Origin: Octopus sinensis
Lineage: Eukaryota
Length of the DNA: 64,000 nucleotides
Assembly (NCBI RefSeq): GCF_006345805.1
Contig: NC_043009.1
Span: 38,688,001 to 38,752,000, forward strand
Direction: 5' to 3'
The translations under genes and the position numbers were made by a program. A model generated the notes under the pieces. That model was not told the DNA's origin. It ran no database searches and was given only the letters and a program-made list of their open reading frames with translations. Positions 1-12,921 of the stretch are shown in pieces; positions within the stretch are counted from its first letter, which is position 1, and every line of letters starts with the position of its first letter.

Positions 1-168
1 ATATATATATATATACGCACATACATACATACATACACACACATATATATATATATTCACACAGACACACTGACACACAGGCACAAACACACACATACAC
101 GCACATATATACAGACAAATGTATGCATTGACACATGCATATTAATACATCTACAAATATCTCTTTCA

Positions 169-200
<32 letters not shown>

Positions 201-354
201 ATGTATGTATATAGGGATGTGGGTTCGAGTTCCACGCAGATGGGAAAGCCTACTCTTTTTTTCTGTTCAGGGTTTATATACCCCTTTATTAGACTATTTT
301 CACTAGTCATTGCACTGTGATCGCAATAAGCTTATTCAAATACCATTATATATA

Positions 355-928
355 CACAGACATGCTGGAAGTAAATAGACACCTTAAATTTTCAAAATTT
401 CTGATCTAAGCTTCTTAATATGTTTTCAGCGGTGTAGAATTTAGAATTTAATTATTCTTTTTCATTCCAAGTGCCATTATATTAAACATTTGCGAGAAAT
501 AACCATGCCGCGCACAAAAAATCCAGCAGAACTCTCAGATTTTCAAATATGTATTGTTGGGCAACCTGAGGCTGGTCTTAGCCAGCGAAAAATTGCCGAA
601 AATCTTCAAATTCCGCTTGCTACTGTTAATAGAATTATAGTGTAATTCAAAAGCCAAAGAAAAGAATCAACAGATTCTTGTCCTGGCCCACCTGGGCCCT
701 CGGAAAGGAAGCTTCGCTGTTTGAAGAGAATTGTGGAAAACGAACCCCGTTCGAAGGCTTCTGTCATTGCAAAACAGCTAGAAGTTAGTCCAAGAACGTG
801 TGTTACATATCTCATAAGCTTGGGTATTATGGACGGGCAACTAGAGGAAAACCTCTTCTTCAACCAATTAATATCAAATAAAAGATTTTGAAAATTAAAG
901 GTGTCTATTTACTTCCTGCATGTATGTA
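355..928 (+). mobile_element. Tc1-family DNA transposon, internally deleted copy
   Basis: Terminal inverted repeats: catgctggaagtaaatagacaccttaaattttcaaaa (361-397) vs ttttgaaaattaaaggtgtctatttacttcctgcatg (about 886-922); TA at 353-354. The frame from ATG 505 reads [46 protein letters not shown]...LKRIVENEPRSKASVIAKQLEVSPRT (paired HTH, one stop). The DDE domain is deleted. Same family as 30070-31294. Confidence 0.9.
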
Positions 929-954
929 TGTATACATGTATGTATGTATATATG

Positions 955-1515
955 TATGAATGTATGCTTGCATCTCTCCTGACACATGGGAAGGCATAGC
1001 TATTGATCGGAGCAGGTGGAGAAGGATTGTGCATGAGGGGACAGCCACTTTTGAGAAATCTCGAGTTGCACATGAGAAAGTAAGGAGGGATGTCAGGAAG
1101 GGCATCGCTGTTATACTTCCAGAAGGGAAGGGTCTTCCTTTGATGCTGACATGCAATATCTGTGCAAGACCCTGCCTCAGTAAAGCTGGACTCAAGAGTC
1201 ATCTTCGTAGTCATAAAGCGAGACAGATGAGTGACAACCTGGCCACTGGTGGTGGTATAACACACCATACTAATGTAATCTGTCAGGCATGTGGAAGAGA
1301 GTGTAATTCGGCAGGAGGACTTAAACGACATGCAAAGGTACATGAAGCCCAGTTACAACTACAGCCGGCTATTACCGGTAAAGGTTTTAGTTGCCAATTC
1401 TGTACAAAACATTGTAGATCTTTAGCTGGGCTAAAAAGTCACATTCGATCACAGCACCAGTAACGGTTAAGCTTCGTGCAATGGCCATACTCGATAACGA
1501 GGCGGCAGCCATAAC
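955..1515 (+). mobile_element. RTE-clade LINE 3' end with three C-terminal C2H2 zinc fingers
   Basis: ORF 960-1463: ISPDTWEGIAIDRSRWRRIVHEGTATFE is an RTE/BovB-type C-terminus, followed by three CxxC-x12-H-x3/4-H fingers. A short 3' UTR runs into (TA)n; the same 3' UTR recurs at about 34840-34925 (-). Confidence 0.8.
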
Positions 1516-1532
1516 GTATATATATATATATA

Positions 1533-2090
1533 GAATATCTTCAACATTGCCAAAGCAAACCTACCAATCATTGCCCAAAGTAATGAATTAAAAGACATAA
1601 TCACGGATCGAGCTATGGTGCTTAGTAAAAGACAGCCTAAAAACTTGAAAACATTACTAACAAAGGCAAAATTTGACCTCAGCAACAAAGACCAAACATT
1701 CACGGTATCTAATGCAATGATAGCCGATGTGGCACATGCCAATTCATACATACCGGTCAATATATAAACACAAAAACCGGGAAAATATTCACAAACGCGA
1801 ATATGAACTGCAAAAGCAGAAATTTAATTTACTGCATCAAATGCCCAAATTGTGAAGAAATATATGTAGGTCAGACGGGAAACGCACTATTAGAACGCTC
1901 ACGTGTACACCGGCAACAGATTAGAGACCCAGAGGTCCGTCAGATACCTTTGAGTAACCACCTAGCAACATGTGGTCGGAAAATATATATAATATTCCAT
2001 TCTACAAATTACACAGCCCAAGTGAAATCGAGAGGAAAATCAGAGAAAAGAATTTTATTGATAAATTCGAACCCAAGCTAAATAAGCAAT
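1533..2090 (+). mobile_element. Penelope-like element, linker plus GIY-YIG endonuclease fragment (frameshifted)
   Basis: Manual translation: LSKRQPKNLKTLLTKAKF...CxxxxCxxC linker; ORF 1803-2081 gives NLIYCIKCPNCEEIYVGQTGNALLERSRVHRQQI; ends EKNFIDKFEPKLN. Confidence 0.9.
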
Positions 2091-2592
2091 AATAATAATA
2101 ATAATACTTAGAGGTATTACTTCCACTGCTACGACCATGACCACTAACAACAACAACAATACTAAAGGTGATCAAGACGAAGATAGCAGGAAAATTATCT
2201 TATTTAGGGTTAAAAGTTCTATTGCCACCACCATCACCACTAGCAACAATAATTAAGGTGCTGACAATGATGATGATGACAATTGAAATATAAAAATATA
2301 AAAATCTCTGACAAAGGATATTTACAACATTTCTAAAAATAACCCAACAATTGCTGCTTCGGCCAGGGTCAAGATACAGGACTCTTGACATGTCCAACAA
2401 AGCGTGATGCCTAAACCAATCAGCTCAACCAACCAATCAGCTTAAGTAATTGAGTGATACTACACACTGATTGGTCAGAATACAGTTTGCAAAACCTAGC
2501 ACTCTGGAGCCTACCCAGCTGTATTTATAGCACAGAATCAATCATCTTGCTACAGTCAAAAATTGTGAAGCATGACTGTCAACACTACTACA

Positions 2593-2637
2593 TGAACCCG
2601 AAGATTGCAGAATTCAATGCATGAAAGTACTAGTTCA
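2593..2637 (+). ncRNA. Minimal type I hammerhead ribozyme in Penelope pLTR
   Basis: TGAAC-CCGAAGA-t-TGCA-gaattcaa-TGCA-t-GAAA-GTAC-TA^GTTCA: 5-bp stem I, U4C core variant, 4-bp stem II, palindromic helix III AGTACT, CUA site. Lies about 500 nt downstream of the GIY-YIG ORF on the same strand. Confidence 0.75.
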
Positions 2638-2766
2638 ATCAGAATGAATATTTAACATTCTACTATTTCATTTTATTTTATTCAATTATAATATATTATC
2701 TTATAATATATCATTATAAGATTGTAAATAAAACGTGAAAATCAGACAAGGTTGGAATTCTTTTTA

Positions 2767-2907
<141 letters not shown>

Positions 2908-3239
2908 GTATATATATAATATATATGTATGTATGTATATATATATAAATATATGTATGTATATACAGTATACATACATATCTATATATTCATATATGTA
3001 TATATGGATATATAAATATATGCTTGTATACATAAAAGATGTTTGTGTTTGTGTGAGTGTGTGTATGTGTGTGTGTGTATGTGTGTGTGTGTACATATAT
3101 GTATCTGTGCCTACATATATGTATACATTGCACACATCTATAGGAATATATTATGTCAATGTATAAAAGACCGGATATTGAACAAGCTTGGGAATTTAAA
3201 AAAACACGTGACATTCATATGGAGATACGCAAAACAGAC

Positions 3240-3306
<67 letters not shown>

Positions 3307-3307
3307 A

Positions 3308-3366
<59 letters not shown>

Positions 3367-3367
3367 A

Positions 3368-3420
<53 letters not shown>

Positions 3421-3509
3421 AATCTATTAACATACAGTTGTATTGGCATACACACGCTAGGACACAGTATGTACACCCAGTCATTCACACACACAAACAA
3501 TAATCCTTT

Positions 3510-3700
3510 CTACTATAGGGTGAGGTCTAAAAGTTTAGGAGAAGGGTGTTAGTCGATTATATCGACTGGTACTTATTTTATCGATCTCGAAAGAAAGAAA
3601 AGTAAAGTCGACATTAGTGGAATTTGAACTCAGAACGTAAAGACGGACGAAATACTGCTAAGCATTTTGGCCGGCGAGCTAGCGATTTTTGCCAGCTCAC
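3510..3700 (-). mobile_element. tRNA-derived SINE family B, degenerate
   Basis: Reverse complement has the head gtgagctggc...tcgctagctcgccggcc and B-box gagttcaaattcc, plus gtcgat..atcgac body motifs. A second fragment lies at about 3800-3935. Confidence 0.75.
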
Positions 3701-3707
3701 TAACAAC

Positions 3708-3738
<31 letters not shown>

Positions 3739-5174
3739 TCAACAACAACAACAATAATAGAACAACATCAATAATAATCACTAATTTAAACACTAAGTCC
3801 GTGGTCAACGGTTTTGATGGGCGGTGTGGATCGATATCACCGAAGTACCATATCACTGGTACTTCAGTTTATCGACCCCGAATGGATTAAAGGCGTAGTT
3901 GACCTAGGTGGAATTTGAACTCAGGTCATAAGGAGGCAGAAGAAATATCACAAGATCATGTATTTTTTTTCAGATGATAATAGTATACGTATAAATACAT
4001 AAGTATTAAAAAATAAACATTTCTCCCTTCTCACTCAGGATCTGGATAAGCTAGATAAACCATTAAATAAATAGATAAATGAATAAATAAATAAATAAAT
4101 AAATAGAAAGCTACTAGATACAATTGTCCACATTCTATTACATTTATCTCAGATGTGAAATAAGATACGCGCGCGTGTGAGTGCAGGCATGTGTGTGCGT
4201 CGCCTCGTAGCTTCGCCATCGCTCCACAGCAAGAGTTAATCTTGAACAAACCATCAACACCCACCTTCCACACAGAGACCTACACTTATCTCTAATGGGC
4301 GTTTCTTTGCAAATTCCTTGTAATATTGACTCTGGAATCTACTCTCGTATTGGTCAACAGGAAGATGATACGATAAAGTTGATTTAGTCGCGCAGTAACT
4401 TTTTTCCTCTTTATCCCATCTTTCAACTAATTTCTCTCCCCCCCACCACCGCTCTCTATCTCTTTATGTGTCTCATTCTTTCTCTCTCATTCTGTTGATC
4501 TATCTAACTCTCTTTCTATTTACCTATCTTTCTTTCCTTTCTTTCTTTCTTTCTTTCTTCCTTTCTTTCTTTCTTTCTTTCTTCCTTTCTTTCTTCCTTT
4601 CTTTCTTTCTTTCTTTCTGTCTCTCTCTCCCTCCCTCCCTCCCTCTCTCTCTTTATCATTTCCTTAGATTATATTTCTCGTCACTGGCAAATCTTTCACT
4701 GTGACCTTTTGCATTCAGTCGGCTATCACCTTTAAACAATACTGTCTTTTTAAGCACCCACAATCGTCTCTCACGTTTTCGTAAACTGTTCTTTTCTATC
4801 AATTGTTTGTTTATACTGAACAAATGCATTTTGACGCTATCTAAATACTATGATAACAACAAGAAGCATTCTATAGCCACAGTTTCTAAATTCGACACTG
4901 TATTTACTATACTTAATAATCGCTTGAGCTTCCTAAGTTTTAAATTGTTTATATGGTGTCGAAAGAGATTGGAGCCGGTTCAATTCCCGTGTGAAGACGT
5001 CAGGAATGTTTTAATGAACATGTAAGCAGCTTACTGTCGTTCAAAGTATTTTAATATCACGTCACCCCAAATGGATAGATTCTATCACGCGAAGAAATTT
5101 CAGTAACGAACAAAAGATAATTCAGCTTCACCTTCTAATCTTTATTTTGTTTTAATTTTTTCGTTTTCTGAAGA

Positions 5175-5540
5175 AGAGGAGCGTCATTGGCTATATTCAG
5201 GGCGTCTGTGAATTGATTGAAAGCAAGTGTTACGAGAAGATACAAGGCTTCACATCGAAGGACTTTATCAGCAACGAAGAGGCCAAGAGAAGTCCAAGGC
5301 AACGCTAAGTGTCCGTTACTATTTGAAGATGTCGACTGAATATATTACTGGGTCATGTCGTCCTTGCGAACCCTCTGTGGTGATGGCTAAGGGGACGTCC
5401 CAAGATGAACTGGCACAAGACGACAGGGACCTTCAGCTGATAAACCTGCGGTGTAACGAGGAACTGAGGATGGCTACTCACCAAGCTTGCTGAGGTACTT
5501 TCATTGAGTGATGCGTTCCACAGAAAACACTGGGAGACCA
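5175..5540 (+). mobile_element. Decayed RTE-clade LINE 3' fragment
   Basis: Manual frames give IQGFTSKDFISNEEAKR...TI*RCRLNILLGHV...LRGRPKMNW...DRDLQLINL, matching the RTE C-terminal pattern (I.G..W.D.ISNEEV / RRL.W.GHV / RGRPK..W...D). Multiple stops. Confidence 0.65.
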
Positions 5541-5934
5541 TGTGTTGTCAAATCAATCGCATGAGAAGTGCAACAGTTCTTATGAAGGGTTCCAACCAAG
5601 TTCTGTGTACCAAATTTCTTTCTCAACAAAATATTGATTCATTCCATACAATGGCTGAAAGCACAATTCTCCAACGTTTCGCACAACAGATTCGTGCTTG
5701 GGAAACGTTTTGACCACACGGCATCTTCACCACTATGCCTGTGTAGGACAGATAAAAAAATAACTGAAAATGGTTAAATTGAACAGTACTTGTAGGGTTT
5801 ATTCGAGATTGTGTACAATATTCGGCGTAATACACCTTAAACTAATGCCTGTGTGTGTGTTTGTGTGTACACCCACATATAATCTTGCACACATATACAT
5901 ATGTACATGTGCATACATGTTTTATGTATATATA

Positions 5935-6122
5935 TTTCTTTACTTCCCACAAGGGGCTAAACACAGAGGGGACAAACAAGGGGATTAAGTCGATTACATC
6001 GACCCCAGTGCGTAACTGGTACTTAATTTATCGACCCCGAAAGGATGAAAGGCAAAGTCGACCTCGGTGGAATTTGAACTCGGAACGTAACGACAAACGA
6101 AATATGGCATTTCGCCCGGCGT
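5935..6122 (-). mobile_element. SINE family B with cccacaaggggctaaacacagagggg tail
   Basis: Near-identical to the units at 32.5-32.9 kb, 52.3 kb, 55.7-56.1 kb and 58.5 kb. Confidence 0.85.
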
Positions 6123-6148
6123 GTTTTATGTATATATACATGCATATT

Positions 6149-6223
<75 letters not shown>

Positions 6224-6244
6224 GCTAGCTAGCTAGCTAGCTAG

Positions 6245-6319
<75 letters not shown>

Positions 6320-7125
6320 GCTATCTATCTATCTATCTAACTAACTAACTTACTAACTATCTATCTATCTTTACACCTTTACATCTGTGCCATTGCCATA
6401 CAGATTGGATGTAGAATGAATATATATGTTTCAATATTTTCGCTCAAACTAATTTACCTGATCTTGCTTTACATGTATACATCAGCTATATTATCAACAA
6501 AGCAATAATCAGCACTGCATTAAACGCTAATGTGTTAATGAACCGCTTTAAACTCAGGTAAAGAGAAATCGAAAAACAACAACAAACGGAAAAAGAACTC
6601 AAGGCTAAAGGAAATGATTAATATTTAAATAAGAAAAAATGATGGAAGCCCATAAATATCGTAATGTATCAGCTAATAATCCTTGCTGTAGTTAAGTTTT
6701 CACTCACATGATTGTGTTTCTCTCATACTTTCAAATTACGAATTGAACTACCGCGTTTAGATAAAAATCTCTAATGTTTCTCTCAAAAATGAATTGGTGT
6801 GCCATTCTTTTTTTTTCTTTTACTCCGCCGATTCGCTGAAAGTGAAAGTAAAATGTCAAATACGCGAACGAAATGAATCTTACAAGTAAATAATATGAGC
6901 GATAACAACAACAATAATATCAGAAAGAAGCACACAAAACAAAAAAAAAAAAGAAATATAATAATAACATTAATATTAGTCATGTTGAAAATGATGATGG
7001 TGATGATGATGATGTGTCAATTACGTGAAAATCGAAATGTTTGGATACTGAATCAGTGCATTTGTGATGTGTCATTCAGATATGAATAACACATTGAAGT
7101 TGTGTGTGTTTGTGTGTTAATGTGC

Positions 7126-7170
<45 letters not shown>

Positions 7171-7340
7171 TACATATATGTATATATACGCACACGCCCC
7201 TCCCCCCATATATATATATTTACACACATACATATATATGTTTACATATACACGAATATACATTAGAACACAGGCACAACCGCACTCATATATATACGTA
7301 TGTATGCATATATATATATATAAACTCTTCGGCTGATATA

Positions 7341-7381
<41 letters not shown>

Positions 7382-7502
7382 GTAATAATGAAGGGTGAAG
7401 AAATAGGGTAATGAAGGGTAGAAGAATAGCTATAACCCTTTGACTGCTATTTCTAAATTCGGTATGTGGTAAGGCAACTCGTTGCTAAACCCTTATTGCT
7501 TA

Positions 7503-7540
<38 letters not shown>

Positions 7541-7655
7541 ATATATATATATAGATATAATATAATATGTGTGTGTTGTGTGTAATATTATATCTACTTA
7601 ATCTATCTATCTATCTATCTATCTAATCTATCTATTATCTATCTATATATATATA

Positions 7656-7705
<50 letters not shown>

Positions 7706-7874
7706 GTATATTTATGTTTAGGGTACATATTGATGAACATATGGATGTATATGGCTACAAACACTCACAAAACACTCACGCACACGCACACACAGAGACA
7801 TACATACATAACACACACATGTACACACATACCTATCGATAGAAAAAATACGTGGAGCGTGAGAGTGATATATA

Positions 7875-7905
<31 letters not shown>

Positions 7906-8138
7906 CAGAGAGAGAGAGAGAGGGGGGATGAGAAAGAGAGAGGGAGAGAAAGATTGAGAGAGAGAGAGAGAGAGCGCGATTGAGTGAGAGGGAGAGATAG
8001 AAATTGATTTAGGTACGATGACATCATACATTTGAAACAGAATTATTTCGTTTCATATTTCTTTGAATTGTACTGATTAGCCAGATCTGGGAGGGAACAG
8101 TTTGTGTTCGATAGTGTATTAATACAACGACTGCATAT

Positions 8139-8174
<36 letters not shown>

Positions 8175-8318
8175 CCGTATATGAGTTTGCATATATAAGT
8201 ACATGTATGTATGTACATGTGAATGTATCCTGTCTCTGTGTATACCCATACCTCAAACACACATACATGCATACACATGTATGTATAAATATGCATAAAT
8301 ACATTTTTTTTTACTTAC

Positions 8319-8392
8319 CTCTTTCAGTTTGGCACGTTTTATTTTCAATGAATTTACGGAATCGAATTTCATATAGAATTTTTATGCACCCA
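8319..8392 (-). CDS. Candidate 74-nt internal coding exon, product unknown
   Basis: Acceptor ctcattttgcaatag, perfect donor GAG|gtaagt, a single open frame (GCIKILYEIRFRKFIENKTCQTER), within a non-repetitive island. No homology recognised. Confidence 0.3.
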
Positions 8393-10274
8393 CTATTGCA
8401 AAATGAGTATCATAAATTAAGGAGCTATATTTAATCTTCTGCTTTTGAGATACAGCCATGCAGAAGGAGACATATTCTGTACTTGATAATCAGGATAACT
8501 ATGAAAGCAGAAGAACAATGATAGCGGAAGGGATATATGTAACTGTATTTATTGTAACCGTTACCAAGTAAGATGTGTTTTTGTTTTCAAGGAGGTGCCC
8601 CACGGGAAAGGGACACGGTCGTCTGCATTCGGCTAGCTGAATTTCTTCCTCCAACGGGATATTTTTACCGCCAATTGCTGGCCAGGTTGCTCGAAATCAT
8701 CGGAATATTAACGAACTCCTTATTTAATTTAGTATTCTGTTAACTGAAAAATTTTATAGGAAAAAGAAATACATACATTTTGTTGCATTATAATGACATG
8801 GCATTTCCAACACAACGAAGCAGTTTTATGATATCTTCTTTCTGAATTTGCCACAGGTATCAGAGAAAGATACAGCGTTCAGAAATCTAAGATTACTCTA
8901 GAGTATTCAAGTAACCAAACTTGTATAAACCCCCTCAATCCAAATTTGTGTTAGCCAATGTTGCACCATTAGCATTTCTCTGAAGAATTATATAGTCTTA
9001 CCTAGCTTCCAGTGATTTCAATGCGTTATCAGAGTAGTAACAGTTATAGAAATCTAATGTTCACCTACGGGTAATTAAGGTGAAAATTATAAAAGATACG
9101 AATACGATGTTGAAGAAAAGCGACTTCATATTTATCTGAGAAAATTTTAATAATATGCTATACAATGCAATAAAGCTATTTTATATTTATATATAAACAA
9201 ATATTTATTTAAGCGATACTTTCACTTTGAAATATACTTTGATAACTTACATGAAAAAGGTTACAGGCAAAAAGTGTCTGGCATGATATTTAAATTTGTG
9301 AAATCCGGCTACTGTCCAGAAAAGTTTTATTTTGCTATTTTCAGAGATCAGAGGCTCGCCAACACTTTGCGTTCAAATGTTATTCAAATGTCATCCTTGC
9401 TGAAGAAAAAGAGAAAAAAAAGTTGAGGGAATTAGTTCATTGTGCTGTGTCATACGACCGACCTCTCTACCCATCCTTATAATTGATGATCTGTTATTTC
9501 TATAGCTGACTACATTTAAAATGCCATTACAATCATTTACATCTCAGATAAAAGATAATATTAAACCCTGGTGACCTGCACCGGCACAAAGTCATAACAG
9601 TAAAATAGAAAACAGTTTTTGTGTGATCCTTTTTACTATTCAAAGTGCAATTTACAATGAATGTCTGTCTGTTATTCGTGAAATAAACTACTCCTACAGT
9701 CAGTAATGAAACGATAACTATTGTGATGCCTCCTCGATCAGTGAACCTGTTCACCCGACATTTTCAGATTGCTTCACAACCGACAAGACCAGTCAAATAA
9801 CTTCTCGGGCAAAGAGAAAAGTAAACTGTATTATTTTTAAAAATGCCTACCAGTCTGTCTGCTGGCAACTCTTGTCTGGTAGGTGTTTCCGGGGAAAGAA
9901 AGAAAGCAACAACAATAACAACGATAGAAAATGATTAATTATTAATTAATTGCCACGTATTTTATCAAGTCTACTATATATATATAATGAAGAAGTTATA
10001 TATGTACTCTTAATTCTTGACGTTATTAGCATGGTATATTAGCGATATCGGTGTTATTTCTAGCCTGTTGTACTGTTTGAAAGACTTGGACATTTAACAA
10101 ATAATCGCGCGTCATAGTACAAATATATTACAATGTTATTTGGTTTCTGAATGTAGGTTTGAAAATTTATATCTTAAAAATAGAAAAATTATTGATACAT
10201 TTACTACATGCATACATACATACATACATACATACGTACGTACATACATGCTTACATACATACATGCCTACATG

Positions 10275-10363
<89 letters not shown>

Positions 10364-10755
10364 GTCTATCTATCTATCTACCAAGGCAGGAGGCTGGAAA
10401 ACATTTTATAGCTTATTCATTCACTATTGCACACTTTTCATTAGTTAATAAGAGTTACACGTAAGATATCATCTATTAGAAATTCTTCTGACAGAGAATC
10501 AAATAATACCATTTACAATATTTTATAACACCTATTAGTAAGTGAATGTATATAATGATGAATAATCATACAAAAAAATTTCCTCTCTTCTGTTTTGATA
10601 TAAAGTAACTCAGCAAAAATGTTTTCAGTATCTTCAAGTTTTATGCGTACCTCACACATATAGAACACTAAATACAGACTCAGTATGCTGGATAAGCAGA
10701 TTTGCTTCAAGAGGATACAGCTTTGATTTTAACCCTATCTACATTATATATATAT

Positions 10756-10790
<35 letters not shown>

Positions 10791-10889
10791 ATATACATAT
10801 ATATATATACATATTATATATATATATTATAAAAATACAAAATTGGACAAGAACGTAAACATCCAGACAAGTGATACAAAAATGGACGG

Positions 10890-10968
<79 letters not shown>

Positions 10969-10972
10969 TATG

Positions 10973-11044
<72 letters not shown>

Positions 11045-11344
11045 TATATATAAATATCAATGATTAAGGTAAAATCAATTAACTATTAATTAATTTCACT
11101 AAGTGGTGTTCAGTATGTAAAAGGACCATTCAAGGCGTATTCAAAATATTATGTTATATAATTAGGGCTGGCTCAGTAAAATAATTTACTTTGCCACATA
11201 CTGAAATTTTTAGAAATAGCAGCCAAAAGGTTTTTTTAGCCATTTCTACTACTTTTAGAAGAGTCTCCCAGATAGCGTTTACTCAAAAATAATTCACGTA
11301 GATATGTAGGGAAAACACCAAAATATCACATGTACAAAGATTAT

Positions 11345-11407
11345 TTGAGAACACTCACGTTTCTAGATTAGTCGAATTAAAACTCGACATTTCTTTCGTC
11401 AGCTCAA
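11345..11407 (-). ncRNA. Type I hammerhead ribozyme, canonical core
   Basis: Minus strand: TTGAG-CTGACGA-a-AGA-aat-GTCGA-gttttaat-TCGAC-taa-TCT-a-GAAAC-gtgagt-GTT^CTCAA. 5-bp stem I, bipartite stem II, GUU site. Confidence 0.7.
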
Positions 11408-11543
11408 CATTTTTTAATTTGGATTTGAAAGCACTAAAAAACTGAACATACCCGTCCGACATGAATCACTTCAGACAAACATCTCCAAGATGCCAGTGCC
11501 AACCAAATTCAAACAGTACGAGTGAAGATTCATGTTCTTCCCG

Positions 11544-11607
<64 letters not shown>

Positions 11608-11643
11608 AACATATATACATACATATATATTTATAAAATATAA

Positions 11644-11834
11644 TAAATTAGAGAAAACCACTATTATGCAATCCAACAATGATAGACATAATCCAAATCG
11701 TAAATAAAAGATAAAATATATTTAAAACATATAACTAGATCACAAAAAGTCCAAAAATGAATAAACAATATATAATAAGTATGGTTTATGTCTATCATTG
11801 TTTGAATTGCATAATAGTGAGTTTTCTCCAATTT
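11644..11834. repeat. Imperfect ~52-bp inverted repeat (fold-back/MITE-like)
   Basis: taaattagagaaaaccactattatgcaatccaacaatgatagacataatcca pairs with tggtttatgtctatcattgtttgaattgcataatagtgagttttctccaattta; flanked by (TA)n. Confidence 0.8.
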
Positions 11835-11934
11835 ATATATATATTATATATTTATATTGTGAAATTTGATTTAATACTAAATTTAATTTTCCCCTGTAAG
11901 TTTGCGGTTATACTCCCTGATATTATTATTGCAT

Positions 11935-11972
<38 letters not shown>

Positions 11973-11987
11973 ATAATATATATATAT

Positions 11988-12025
<38 letters not shown>

Positions 12026-12040
12026 ATAATTTCATTTTCT

Positions 12041-12838
12041 TTACCCTGTACTTGTTTCAGTCATGGGACTGCAGCCGTGCTGGGGGACTGTCTTGAAGAA
12101 TCTTTAGTCGAATGTATCGATTCCAGTACTTACTTTTTATAAACCTGATATTTGTTCTATCGGTACGTTACGAGGACGTAAACACATCAGAACCGGTTGT
12201 CAAGTGGCGGTGGTTGGGGAGAAACACTGAAGCAAAGACACACACACACATACACACGCGCGCACACACACACGCAATGGGTTTCTTTCAGTTTCTGCCC
12301 ACCAAATTTACTCACAAGTGTTTTGTTGGCCCGAGGCTATAGTAGAAGACATGTGCTCAAGGTGCCACGTTGTCGGATTGAACCCTGAACCATGTGTTTG
12401 GGAACCAATCCTCTTACCATACGGCCACGCCCACATATATACGTATATAGTATATTCATTAATACTTGTATACATATGTGTGTGTATATATGATATATAT
12501 TCTCATTTACTCATTTATTTGTTTCAGTCATTTGAATGTGGCCACCTTTAGTCGAGGAAATCGACCCCAGGACTTATTCTTTGTAAGCCTAGTACTTATT
12601 CTATCGGTCTCTTTTGCCGAACCGTTAAGTTACGGGGACGTAAATACACCAGCATCGGTTGTCATGCGATATTGTGGCGGGGGACAAAACATACACACAT
12701 ATATATATATATACATATATACGATGGGCTTCTTTCAGTTTTCGTCTACCAAATCCACTCACAAGGCCTTGGTCGGCCCGAGGCTATAGTAGAAGACACT
12801 TGCCCAAGGTGCCACGCAGTGGGACTGAACCCAGAACC
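12041..12838 (-). mobile_element. Two tandem copies of tRNA-derived SINE family C (about 12041-12432 and 12515-12838)
   Basis: Reverse complement has the head gtggc.gtatggtaag...ggttcagtcccactgcgtggcaccttgggcaagtg, an internal (TA/CA)n tract and the tail cagcatggccgcagtcaaatgactgaaacaagta. Confidence 0.85.
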
Positions 12839-12868
12839 ATATATATCATATATCATATATATATATAT

Positions 12869-12921
<53 letters not shown>

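Noticed and set aside
960-1463. Host C2H2 zinc-finger transcription factor exon
   Set aside because: It is fused in frame to RTE motifs, lacks TGEKP linkers, and its 3' UTR recurs elsewhere as a repeat; it is treated as TE-borne.
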